A program made the position numbers and the translations under genes. Under the pieces are notes generated by a model. The model was not told where the DNA came from. It searched no databases and saw nothing but the letters and a program-made list of their open reading frames with translations. Positions 17,152 to 26,355 of a stretch of DNA of 46,452 bases are shown here, piece by piece. This DNA comes from Oscillospiraceae bacterium UBA3851 (GTDB taxonomy: Bacteria; Bacillota; Clostridia; Oscillospirales; Oscillospiraceae). The stretch covers positions 1-46,452 of the forward strand of contig DGHJ01000001.1 in the NCBI GenBank assembly GCA_002392625.1, given 5' to 3'. Position 1 is the first letter of the stretch; each line of letters begins with the position of its first letter.

Positions 17152-18912
17152 GTGACTGAAGAAGAATATCGTCAACAACAAGCGGAAGCGGAAGAGTTAA
17201 TCAGGCAAATCAACCAGGCCATCGACCGGATCAACTACCTCAACCGGGAGAACGCGCAGCTGGATGCGGAGCTGGACGTGGCACTTCAAAACGTGCAGAT
17301 ACTGACCAGCAACTGCGGAGAAATGGACAGGGCGGTCTTCCAGGAGATGGGTTATCTGTCCGACAGGGTAGGCGAGGCGGACCTCAGCACCAAGGAGGTG
17401 TTTCAGGCCCTCAACGAGCTGACGGTGCAGTATTTCACGTTCAAGAGCATCTCCACCGCGTCCAAGAACGTGTCTCAGTACACCGACGAATACCACACCA
17501 GATTTTCATACTACAATGAGCTTCGCCGGATCACCCTGGGCTACGTCATCGGCCTGGATACCAACTTTGTATCCAGCGAGACCATGCGGAAAAAGGTGGA
17601 AAAAGCCTACCTGCAGAACACGGAGTACTGGCTGGCGTACTGCATCGCCGCCGTCATGCTGTGGGCCAGCGGGGAAAAGGAGGCCGCCCAGCGCGCCCTG
17701 GCCAAGAGCCTGAACGTCAGCTACTTCAACGCCTGTCTATTCTACCTGCTGATCAACCTGCGGTTCGGCCGCATAGAGGCCGCCAAGAAGTGGTACGTCA
17801 ACTATCTGGACCGGGCAGACATGAACAACCTGGGCGACGAGTGGCAGTATCTGCTGCAGGCCTATCTGTTCGGGGCCTTCGGCGCCGACGAGGAGTTCCA
17901 GGAGACCGTCGCCAAGTGCTTCAAAAACATGCTGGCGCAGGTGGAGGTGACCACCGTGGACTTCGCCAAGAAGTTCACCCGCAAGGCCATCGAATTCGCC
18001 GAGCTGTACGTCCATAAAACGGAACACGAGTACACCCTCCTGGGCAGAACGTGTACCGAATACGCCGAGCTGAAGGATCTGCTGTCCACCGCCGAGAAGA
18101 ATGCCGAGATCGCGCGGTACTACAACGATCTGGCCGAGGCGGAGGAGACGGAATCGCTGGATCTGCCCCAGCGGATCGAGAATGTCCTCTATTCGCTGGT
18201 CAACGACTACGACGAGGACGAGCTGAAGGTGGTCCAGCGGCTGAAATACAACGAGGCCATCATCAGCGCAAGGGGCGACGTGGCCGCCGCCCAGGCCAAC
18301 TACGACGCCATGTTCGCCGACCGGCAGAAAAAGAAGAATCTGGGCGATCTCCTCCTCTCCTGGGCCTTTGCCAGCGATACCAGCCAGACGGACGTGACGG
18401 TCAAGCGTTTCTCCGTTGGGTTTATGAAGGAGGCCATCGCCAAGGGCTTCGAGCAGTTTGTGGAGAAGTACCGCCAGCGCGAAAAGGAGCGCTTTCATTT
18501 CGACATCGACGACTGCCAGCTGGAATGCAGTGAGGACGAATACCCCATCGCGGAGAAGACATTGGACAAGTTCTACGACAAGAACAAGCTCAAGAACACC
18601 CTGGAGGATAAGCAGGTGCTGATCTACATCGGTATTTGCGCCGTGGCGCTGCTGGTGCTCATTCTCGCGATCCCCGCGCGCACGACGCAGCTTCTGCCGG
18701 TGCTTCTGACCGTCGGTATCCTGGCCGGACTGGCCGGCAGCTTTCTCCTCTGGCGAAGGATCGTTGACATGGGCAAGATCCTGCTGGAGAAGAAGCGGAA
18801 AGGAAAGCTGCTGCTGAAACAGGCCCTGGAAGAGCTTGCCCAGTGGCGGGGCGCCTATCGGGAGGCTGACGCCGGAAGCGCCGACCTGCTCAGCGCCATC
18901 GACAGATTCTAA
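17152..18912 (+). CDS. Coiled-coil / TPR-like / C-terminal TM-hairpin protein, paralogue A
   Basis: GTG start after AGGAGG; N-terminal heptads; YWLA...W...A.RAL...NLRFGR.EAAKKWY; two hydrophobic helices near the C-terminus. Confidence 0.8.
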   Translation: MTEEEYRQQQAEAEELIRQINQAIDRINYLNRENAQLDAELDVALQNVQILTSNCGEMDRAVFQEMGYLSDRVGEADLSTKEVFQALNELTVQYFTFKSISTASKNVSQYTDEYHTRFSYYNELRRITLGYVIGLDTNFVSSETMRKKVEKAYLQNTEYWLAYCIAAVMLWASGEKEAAQRALAKSLNVSYFNACLFYLLINLRFGRIEAAKKWYVNYLDRADMNNLGDEWQYLLQAYLFGAFGADEEFQETVAKCFKNMLAQVEVTTVDFAKKFTRKAIEFAELYVHKTEHEYTLLGRTCTEYAELKDLLSTAEKNAEIARYYNDLAEAEETESLDLPQRIENVLYSLVNDYDEDELKVVQRLKYNEAIISARGDVAAAQANYDAMFADRQKKKNLGDLLLSWAFASDTSQTDVTVKRFSVGFMKEAIAKGFEQFVEKYRQREKERFHFDIDDCQLECSEDEYPIAEKTLDKFYDKNKLKNTLEDKQVLIYIGICAVALLVLILAIPARTTQLLPVLLTVGILAGLAGSFLLWRRIVDMGKILLEKKRKGKLLLKQALEELAQWRGAYREADAGSADLLSAIDRF

Positions 18913-18931
18913 TAAATGGAGGTAGAGAGAA

Positions 18932-20530
18932 ATGTCTAATGCCGCACAAGCCATCAACATGCTTGACCAGACCATCAACTCGTTCAAATCGCGGGTGGAC
19001 GTTAAGGTCAACGACGTACATACATCCACGGCCAACATCCAGGCCACCACCGACCAGATCTACCGCAACATTGAGCGCTTCAAGACGGAGATGCTCCACG
19101 GCGAGGAAAAGCAGATCGCCCACGAGAATATCCTCCGCATCGACCAGATCATCAAGGAGCAATTCAGCAACCACATCGCCATTCGCCGCACCGTCATGGG
19201 CGTGGTGCGGGACTTTGACATCAACCTGGTCCGCAACAGCACCATCCAGGAGCTGTCCGAGGAACTGTGGATCACCAGCTCCCGCTACTGGCTGTCCTAC
19301 GCGCTGATCGCCATCACCGCGTGGGTGAACAACTACCCCGACGTGGCCCGGAACGCCCTGGCCGAGGGCGAGAGAAAGGACGCTATCAAGACCAGCCTGT
19401 TCTTCTGCCTCATGAACCTGCGGTTCGGCCGGATGGAGGCCGCCAAGAAGTGGTTCTTCCAGTACTTCCGGACCCTGGACCCCACCATGCTCCAGCAGGA
19501 GACGGCGATTTTGCTGCAGGCCTTCCTCAACGGTATCTTCGGCAAGGACAAGGAGCTGGAGCAGGAGGTCATCCAGCTCATCGACGAGTGGATCTCCATT
19601 ATCAACGAAAACGAGCAGGTTTCCAACGAGCTGCTGGATGCCTACGAGGAGTACATCAACAACCTTAACACTCCTGCCCAGTTCAGCTATTCCTCCATTC
19701 TGCAGTTCTGCGCCAACGCCTCGGAGCTGGAGAAGTCCTACAAGGACGTGTCCAAGTTCCAGATCCTCAACGATTTCGTCCAGTCCCTGAACGTGGACGC
19801 CGAGCCCCAGGACAGCGAGAACTACAAGAGCCGCATCGACGCCATCCTCATCAACCTCATCTCCAACTACGACGCCGAGGAGCTGGAGCTGAAGAAGCAG
19901 CAGGAGTATTACCGGCTGGTGGTGGAGAACAACGGCGTCACCGAGCAGGCCCAGGCCCAGTTTGACGCCATGGAGGCCCTGAACAGCAACTTCAGCATCG
20001 GCAAGCAGATGGTGAAGTGGGCCATCTACGACGACAGCGACCAGACCGACGTGCAGGTGCGCAAGTTCGGCTTCCAGAACACGAAGAGCTGGTTCGTCAA
20101 GGCGGTGGAGAAATTCGACTCCAGGCTGCGGGAGGCCTTCCCCAATCAGTATAAGCTGAACATCGACACCTGGCAGGGCATCAGCAACGGCGAGGACCTG
20201 GCCGAGCAGCAGGAGAGCATGCGGAACCACTTCGAAAACAACAAGTTCCAGAACATGTTCGTCAACACCCCCAACATCCTGGCGGCCATCCTCTTCGTCG
20301 CTTCCGCCGGCCTGGCGTTCCTCACGCCGTATTCGCTGATCGTCACGGCGCTGGCCGCCGGCTTCCTGGTCTACCGCGTGCTGCAGGCCATGAAGGAGTA
20401 TCCCAAGCGCGTGCAGGCCGCACTGGACAATCTCAACGCCTGCATGGGCGAGATCACCGAGTTCAGGCGGCACTTTGAGGAGGAGCGCACCAAGAAGGAC
20501 GAGCTACTCAGCTCCGTGGAATTCCTGTGA
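18932..20530 (+). CDS. Coiled-coil / TPR-like / C-terminal TM-hairpin protein, paralogue B
   Basis: YWLS...AW...ARNAL...NLRFGRMEAAKKWF; DSDQTDVQVRKF matches DTSQTDVTVKRF of paralogue A; TM hairpin. Confidence 0.8.
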   Translation: MSNAAQAINMLDQTINSFKSRVDVKVNDVHTSTANIQATTDQIYRNIERFKTEMLHGEEKQIAHENILRIDQIIKEQFSNHIAIRRTVMGVVRDFDINLVRNSTIQELSEELWITSSRYWLSYALIAITAWVNNYPDVARNALAEGERKDAIKTSLFFCLMNLRFGRMEAAKKWFFQYFRTLDPTMLQQETAILLQAFLNGIFGKDKELEQEVIQLIDEWISIINENEQVSNELLDAYEEYINNLNTPAQFSYSSILQFCANASELEKSYKDVSKFQILNDFVQSLNVDAEPQDSENYKSRIDAILINLISNYDAEELELKKQQEYYRLVVENNGVTEQAQAQFDAMEALNSNFSIGKQMVKWAIYDDSDQTDVQVRKFGFQNTKSWFVKAVEKFDSRLREAFPNQYKLNIDTWQGISNGEDLAEQQESMRNHFENNKFQNMFVNTPNILAAILFVASAGLAFLTPYSLIVTALAAGFLVYRVLQAMKEYPKRVQAALDNLNACMGEITEFRRHFEEERTKKDELLSSVEFL

Positions 20531-20580
20531 TCATACAGCACACATACCATACTGAACATACATGAAAAGGAGAATGAGAC

Positions 20581-20766
20581 ATGAGTAACGAGAACAACAC
20601 CCAGAATCAGGATCTGGATTTTGAGCAGATGATGGAGCAGCGCATCCGCGACAATTTCAACGCCCCCGCCAATGACAGCGTGGAGATCGCCGACGAGCGG
20701 CTCAAGGAGATGAGCAAGAAGCTGCCCGACTGGAGCCTTGAGCCTCCCTACACCTTCCTGAAATGA
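20581..20766 (+). CDS. Small hypothetical protein (61 aa) ending in LPDWSLEPP motif
   Basis: RBS AAAGGAG, host-like codon usage, stop overlaps next start (ATGA). Confidence 0.7.
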   Translation: MSNENNTQNQDLDFEQMMEQRIRDNFNAPANDSVEIADERLKEMSKKLPDWSLEPPYTFLK

Positions 20767-21263
20767 GCCCGGTCGCCGACCGGCAGGAGATCGGGGTCCC
20801 GGTCACGTACCAGGAGTGGCTGGCGTGCCTGGACATGATGAAAAGCGGGACGGAAGCCGGCAACGCCGCCTTTGACGCGGCCTGCATGGGGTCCTTCGCA
20901 GGCTCCGAGGTGACCAGGACCGCCCTGCAGAGGCAGATCGTTGAGACGGTGAACGCCGTGCTGAACCGGAGCACCCGGCGCTTTCTGAAGAACCTGAACG
21001 ACAACATCGCCTTTAACGAGCTGGCCCAGACGGAGCTGCTGTTCAAGCGGCTGAAAAAGGACGTCAACCGTGTGATGTTCTTTACGAAGCTGAGCTTTCT
21101 CCCCGGCGAGTTCCGCCGGGAGCTGGAGGAGTCCGTCAGGGAGCAGATGACCCGGTTCTGGAACGACACGGTGGGCTTCCTCTGCCGGCAGTCGGTGGAG
21201 TTTTCCAACAGCGAGCTGGAGGATGCCCTCTTCCTGATCCGACGGATCAAATTATTTCAATAG
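20763..21263 (+). CDS. Hypothetical helical protein (166 aa)
   Basis: ATGA overlap with the previous gene; in-operon position and codon bias. Confidence 0.7.
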   Translation: MSPVADRQEIGVPVTYQEWLACLDMMKSGTEAGNAAFDAACMGSFAGSEVTRTALQRQIVETVNAVLNRSTRRFLKNLNDNIAFNELAQTELLFKRLKKDVNRVMFFTKLSFLPGEFRRELEESVREQMTRFWNDTVGFLCRQSVEFSNSELEDALFLIRRIKLFQ

Positions 21264-21277
21264 CACAGGTGGATAGA

Positions 21278-22789
21278 ATGGGTAACTATACTTCGACGAA
21301 GGCAGAGATCAAGGACTACATATGCGCCAGAACGCCGCTGATCGTGGTGGACTCCGCCGAGCGGGAACGGGTGGAGCGGATGCTCCGGGAGATCGCCAGG
21401 GAGCTGCGCATCAGCATCAGCTACTATACCGACGCCAAGCAGGTCGTCGCCCTGGGCAGCGACGCCACCAAGGATGTGGACAGCGACCCCCTGCAGTTTA
21501 TCGCGGCCTCGTTTAAGAGAAACCGCAACTCTACCTTCGCTTTCGGCGACGTCAAGCGCATCGGCGAGGACAACGTCTACAGCCGGGAGATCCTGAACAT
21601 CCTCTATCTGGCCAAGGAGACCAACTGTACGCTGATCCTTATTACGGCAGACAACGTCTGGCCGCGCCTGTCCCAGTTCGGCATGCTGACCACCCTGAGC
21701 TATCCGGACATGGAGGAGCGGATGGCCCAGATCAGGGCGTTTATCGCCCAGTTCGGCACCCGATACCCCATCGCCTGGACGGACGAGGACGTCCACATGG
21801 CGGCCACGCTGCTGCGGGGCTTTTCGGAGATTCAGATCGACAACATCCTGTCCACTACGCTGGTGAGCAACAAGCGGCTGGGCCGGGAGCATCTCTATCA
21901 GCTGACCGCCCAGAAGAGCAGGCTCTACGCCGCCGTGTCCAGCATCCAGATGGTCCACGTAGACCGGAGCCTCACCGTGTCGGGCCTGGACAACCTGAAG
22001 CGCTGGCTGGACGCCAAGAAGCCCATCTTCTTCGCCTCGGACGAGGCGCTGGAGGAGCGTGGGCTGACCACACCCAAGGGGATCCTGCTGGCCGGCGTGC
22101 CCGGCTGCGGCAAATCCCTGTCCGCCAGGATGGTGGCCAAGGAGTGGGAGCTGCCCCTGTTCCGTTTCGATCTGGGCACGATCTACGACAAGTGGGTGGG
22201 CGAGAGCGAGAAGAAAATGAAGGAGGCCCTTCGTTTCATCGACAACGTTTCCCCCTGTGTCGTCTGGGTCGATGAGATCGAAAAGGCTCTGTCCGTGTCC
22301 GACTCCGGGAATGACACGGGCAAGCGCGTGCTGGGTCAGTTTTTGTTCTGGCTCCAGGAATCCAGGAGCCGGGTATTCCTGGTGGCCACGGCCAACGACA
22401 TCACGGCGCTGCCCTTTGAGCTGTTCCGAAAGGGCCGGTTCTCGGAAATCTTTTTTATTGATTTACCAAATGCCGCGGAGCGGAGGGCGACCATTGCGCA
22501 GTACGCCGACCAGTCGCTCCACATTCGCATCCCCGAAGAGGAGATGGACCGGCTGGTCCGGGCTTCGGACGGGTTCTCGTATTCCGACATCGAGTACGCC
22601 ATCAAGGACATCGCGCAGCTGGCGCTGATCCGGGGCCAGAGCGTGATAACGGCGGAGAGATTGGAGGAGACGTTCCGGAAGATCATGCCGATCTCCCGCA
22701 ACAATCCCGATATGGTGGCCAGGATCCGGAAATGGGGAGCGGAGAGAGCCGTGGCGGCATCCAGTGAGTCAGGAGGGTATGAAGAATGA
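21278..22789 (+). CDS. AAA+ ATPase, Ycf46-like (degenerate N-terminal domain plus intact classical AAA domain)
   Basis: PKGILLAGVPGCGKS, pore loop KWVGESE, VVWVDEIEK, ATAND, PFELFRKGRF.E.FF.DLP, and the C-terminal IRKWGAERAVAAS ending typical of Ycf46. Confidence 0.9.
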   Translation: MGNYTSTKAEIKDYICARTPLIVVDSAERERVERMLREIARELRISISYYTDAKQVVALGSDATKDVDSDPLQFIAASFKRNRNSTFAFGDVKRIGEDNVYSREILNILYLAKETNCTLILITADNVWPRLSQFGMLTTLSYPDMEERMAQIRAFIAQFGTRYPIAWTDEDVHMAATLLRGFSEIQIDNILSTTLVSNKRLGREHLYQLTAQKSRLYAAVSSIQMVHVDRSLTVSGLDNLKRWLDAKKPIFFASDEALEERGLTTPKGILLAGVPGCGKSLSARMVAKEWELPLFRFDLGTIYDKWVGESEKKMKEALRFIDNVSPCVVWVDEIEKALSVSDSGNDTGKRVLGQFLFWLQESRSRVFLVATANDITALPFELFRKGRFSEIFFIDLPNAAERRATIAQYADQSLHIRIPEEEMDRLVRASDGFSYSDIEYAIKDIAQLALIRGQSVITAERLEETFRKIMPISRNNPDMVARIRKWGAERAVAASSESGGYEE

Positions 22790-24501
22790 GTAATTACGAA
22801 CTTCGAAGCAAACTCAGCCAGGTGGAGAGCGAGCTGAGACGGGTCGAGCAGATCAATTATGAATTGCGCAGCGAACTGGCGACGGTGGAAAACGGCGTCA
22901 ACCGCGCCCACAGGGAGCTGGAGGATTACAACGCCAGCATCCGCAATACCCTGGATAACTGCAATGGATCCATGCACGCCTCCCACCAGCGGGTGGTGGA
23001 TTCCATCGCCCTCCAGGGGGAGATCGAGCGGCTGTACGCCCGGTTCAAGAACGTGGAGCTGGCCAACAAGAAGATCCGGGCGGCCAACAACAAGAAATAC
23101 TATGACTTTTCCAACTACCGCACGGTGCGGAAGATCGTCCAGGGCATCATGGACAATCTGGATGTGCAGATCGTCAGCGACAAGACGATCCTCAAGTCCG
23201 TGGAGGTCCAGCATCTGCAGACCCCCGATTACTGGCTGACCTGTGTGCTGATCAGCGTCATGGCCTGGCGCAACAACGACAGGGAGCTGGCCGACCGCGC
23301 CATGGCCCGCGCTATCAAACTGGACAAGAAGAGCAGCGCCATCTTCTACATGCTCTTCAACCTGCGGATGGGCCGGGAGGAGCCGGCGCTGAAGTGGTTC
23401 GACACCTACCAGGAGTGTGAGCTCAAGGGCAGCGATCAGAGGACGTTTTTGATGCTCTTCTCCCTGGTCAGCAGGACCATTGCGGATACCGTGGACGACA
23501 GGACCAAGAACGAGGTGGCCTCCTTCATCATGAGAGTGGTGGACGCCAACATGCGCTCGTCGGGGTACAACGAGGAGGAGATCGTTACCCAGATCCGCCG
23601 GTACTTCAACCGCATGCAGCCCAGCGACGAGCTTCAGTACACCCTGCTGCGCAAGTACTGCCAGGAGTTCGACCAGCTGACGGACGTCATGATGCAGGCC
23701 AAGAACAATATCAACCTGCTGGAGTTCATCCTCAGAACGATGAACGTGCCGCCGGAGGAGAAAAACACCTTCCTCAAGTCTTACATTGATGAGCTGATCG
23801 CCGCACCCAACCAGGTGGAGAAGGACGTCTACGACGAGATCGCCTACAACGAGATGATCATCCGCCTGGAGGGCGACATGGAGGCCGCCAGGGAACGGTT
23901 CGACGCCGAGCAGGCCAAAAAGGCCAACGACCTGAACCTGATCGCCGAGATGGTGGACTGGATCTACGAGCGGGATGATCAGGACGTCAACGGCCAGATC
24001 CGGCTGAACATGTTCACCCTGACGAAGATGCTGCAGGAGAAGGCCGTGGAGGAGCACACCGAGGATTATCGGAGCCGGAAAAAGGTCAACTACCCGGTCA
24101 AGATCGATGACTATGCCGCCGTGATGAACTTCCGCCATGAGGACGAGGAACGGCAGAAGATGGCCGCCTTCTATACCGGTCAGCGGGACGAGGCCCTGGC
24201 CGCCATCAAGGACTGGCCTGCCTATATCGGCTTCGGCGTCGCCGCGGCGGCGTTGGTCGGCTGCTTCTTTGCCCGCTTTTGGCTGCTGGTCCTGACGGTG
24301 GGCGGCGTGGGCTACGGTCTTTTCAAGCTGCTGTCCAACAAGGGGGCGCGAAAGCAGCTGGAGCGCGCCTGTGCCGAGAAGATCCGGGCCACCGCCGACA
24401 TCATGCAGCAGCTGTTCGCCGAATTCCGGGAGTACCGGAAGGAACTGGACGAGTACGACGCCTATCACGACAGGATCATGGAGGAGCTGGCCAAGATCTG
24501 A
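22786..24501 (+). CDS. Coiled-coil / TPR-like / C-terminal TM-hairpin protein, paralogue C
   Basis: PDYWLT...AW.N...ADRAM...NLRMGREEPALKWF; N-terminal heptads; TM hairpin; overlaps the AAA gene stop. Confidence 0.8.
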   Translation: MSNYELRSKLSQVESELRRVEQINYELRSELATVENGVNRAHRELEDYNASIRNTLDNCNGSMHASHQRVVDSIALQGEIERLYARFKNVELANKKIRAANNKKYYDFSNYRTVRKIVQGIMDNLDVQIVSDKTILKSVEVQHLQTPDYWLTCVLISVMAWRNNDRELADRAMARAIKLDKKSSAIFYMLFNLRMGREEPALKWFDTYQECELKGSDQRTFLMLFSLVSRTIADTVDDRTKNEVASFIMRVVDANMRSSGYNEEEIVTQIRRYFNRMQPSDELQYTLLRKYCQEFDQLTDVMMQAKNNINLLEFILRTMNVPPEEKNTFLKSYIDELIAAPNQVEKDVYDEIAYNEMIIRLEGDMEAARERFDAEQAKKANDLNLIAEMVDWIYERDDQDVNGQIRLNMFTLTKMLQEKAVEEHTEDYRSRKKVNYPVKIDDYAAVMNFRHEDEERQKMAAFYTGQRDEALAAIKDWPAYIGFGVAAAALVGCFFARFWLLVLTVGGVGYGLFKLLSNKGARKQLERACAEKIRATADIMQQLFAEFREYRKELDEYDAYHDRIMEELAKI

Positions 24502-24524
24502 GTGTTAAAAATGGAAAATAATGA

Positions 24525-24552
24525 AAAAAGCGGTGCGAAAGCGCCGCTTTTT
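24525..24552 (+). terminator. Rho-independent terminator closing the 7.4-24.5 kb locus
   Basis: AAAAAGCGGTGC-GAAA-GCGCCGCTTTTT. Confidence 0.85.
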
Positions 24553-24611
24553 CCGCCATGGAGAATGGAAAGACCTCGCGCCGCTGGCAGGAACTACAAA
24601 AGAGGTATGGC

Positions 24612-24745
24612 TTGCTAATGGGGCGCGATGTTGCTATAATGAAGGCGCAAAACGGAAAGGGCGGATTTGACGGGAGCGGTTCCTGTCAATTTGCGTCCCA
24701 AAATAGGCGATTTTGCTTGACGGACAGCGCGAAAACAGGTATGAT
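24612..24745 (+). promoter_or_regulatory. Tandem sigma-A promoters of the glycopolymer locus
   Basis: TTGCTA (24612) - 17 - TATAAT (24635) and TTGACG (24717) - 17 - TATGAT (24740). Confidence 0.65.
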
Positions 24746-24839
24746 ATTGTATTATAATGTGTACATTGCACCCATCTGCCCGTTGGGGCGAAACGAAGCG
24801 GAGCGATCCGGTTACGAGACGGGGGTTTGTGGATTGGAA

Positions 24840-25520
24840 ATGACGACCGTTCAGCGGGACGAGCGCGAGCAGATCGCTGCGCCGGCGCCCGCCCCTGAAG
24901 TGAATACCGCGCCGGAGTACCCGGCGCAGGATCCGGCCCGCCTTCGGGTCTATTTGTGCGTGAAGCGGATCTTCGACTTCACCGCTGCGCTCATCGGCCT
25001 GATCCTGGCCGGCGTCCCCATGCTCATCATCGGCGCCTGCGTGTGGGGCAGCACCAAAGGCCCCACGCTGCTGAAGCAGGAGCGGGTGGGCCAGTACAAA
25101 AAGGTGTTCACCATCTATAAGTTCCGCACCATGGTGTACAACGCGCCTCACGACGTAGCCACCACGCTGCTGAAGGACGCCGACTCCTACATCACCCCCG
25201 TGGGCCGCTTTCTGCGCAAGACCAGCCTGGATGAGCTGCCCCAGCTCATCAACGTGCTCAAGGGCGACATGTCCCTGGTGGGCTTCCGCCCTGTGGTGCT
25301 GACGGAGAAGAAGCTCAACGCCCTGCGGGAACAGTACGGCGTGTTCCAGTGCAAGCCGGGCATCACCGGCCTTGCCCAGATCCGCGGACGGGACGACATC
25401 TCCTATAAGGAGAAGGCCCGCATCGACGCCGAGTACGCCGCCACCAGGTCCATCAAGCTGGACCTCTACTGCCTATTGAAGACCATTCCCTTTGCCGCCT
25501 CCCAGAAGGGCGCGCGGTGA
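24840..25520 (+). CDS. Priming sugar transferase (polyprenyl glycosylphosphotransferase)
   Basis: KRIFD, QERVG, IYKFRTM, RKTSLDELPQL.NVLKGDMSLVG.RP, KPGITGLAQ; start likely ATG 24840. Confidence 0.92.
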   Translation: MTTVQRDEREQIAAPAPAPEVNTAPEYPAQDPARLRVYLCVKRIFDFTAALIGLILAGVPMLIIGACVWGSTKGPTLLKQERVGQYKKVFTIYKFRTMVYNAPHDVATTLLKDADSYITPVGRFLRKTSLDELPQLINVLKGDMSLVGFRPVVLTEKKLNALREQYGVFQCKPGITGLAQIRGRDDISYKEKARIDAEYAATRSIKLDLYCLLKTIPFAASQKGAR

Positions 25521-25532
25521 GAACAAGGAAGT

Positions 25533-26345
25533 TTGCCGATGAATACATTCAGAGAGATCATACGGGACCACACGCGATATGCCGGCCACATCCTGAAGCT
25601 GGCCAAGTCCGATCTGGTCCGCACCTACCGGGGCGCATCCCTGGGCTGGGCCTGGGCCGTCATCCGGCCTACCATCACCATTCTGATATACTACATCACC
25701 TTTTCCATCGGACTGCGCCAGGGTAGGCCCATCGGGGAGTTCTCCTATTTTCTGTGGCTCATCTCCGGCTTTGTGCCGTGGTTCTATATCTCCAACACCT
25801 TCACCGGCGGTGCCGGCTCTATCCGAAAATACAGCTATCTGGTGAAAAAGGTGCGATACCCCGTGTCCACCATCCCAACCATTGTCAGCCTGTCCAACTT
25901 CGTGGTGAACCTGTTTTTGACCGGGATCGTGCTGATCATCTTTCTTATCGGCGGGCACACGCCTGACGTCTACTGGCTGCAGCTGCCCTTTTACGCCCTG
26001 GTGATGTTCCTGTTTTTTACCACCTGGTCGCTGTTTGCTGGTATGCTGAGCGTCATCAGCAAGGATTTCATGAATCTGGTGAAGTCCGTGACCACAGCCC
26101 TCTTCTGGCTCTCCGGCGTCATGTACGACGTGCTGCGCGTCAAGAACGCCGCGCTGCTGGCTTTTCTGCGATATAACCCCGTGACCTACGTGGTTTACGG
26201 CTACCGCAACAGCCTGATCTACAAGACCTGGTTCTGGGAGGATCCCCGTTACCTGCTGAACATCGGCATCGTGTATGCGGTGCTGCTGGTGCTGGCCCTG
26301 TGGGTCTACCGCCGGACCATCCGCTCCATCTCTGACATTCTGTAA
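25533..26345 (+). CDS. tagG: ABC-2 polysaccharide/teichoic acid exporter permease (TagG/Wzm)
   Basis: YRGASLGWAWAVI.P, multiple TM helices, NP..Y...GYR. Confidence 0.85.
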   Translation: MPMNTFREIIRDHTRYAGHILKLAKSDLVRTYRGASLGWAWAVIRPTITILIYYITFSIGLRQGRPIGEFSYFLWLISGFVPWFYISNTFTGGAGSIRKYSYLVKKVRYPVSTIPTIVSLSNFVVNLFLTGIVLIIFLIGGHTPDVYWLQLPFYALVMFLFFTTWSLFAGMLSVISKDFMNLVKSVTTALFWLSGVMYDVLRVKNAALLAFLRYNPVTYVVYGYRNSLIYKTWFWEDPRYLLNIGIVYAVLLVLALWVYRRTIRSISDIL

Positions 26346-26355
26346 GGAAAACGCC

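Noticed and set aside
12079-24501. Type VII secretion or conjugative T4SS/ICE assignment
   Set aside because: Single ATPase domain without EssC architecture; no WXG100/LXG motif, relaxase, VirB6/VirB8-like genes or integrase recognised.
24775-24835. Possible c-di-GMP-I riboswitch in the sugar transferase leader (GGGCGAAAC...GAGACG)
   Set aside because: Only a loose partial resemblance; GAAA tetraloop, GCAAA junction and second stem are not evident. An Infernal/Rfam scan would settle it.
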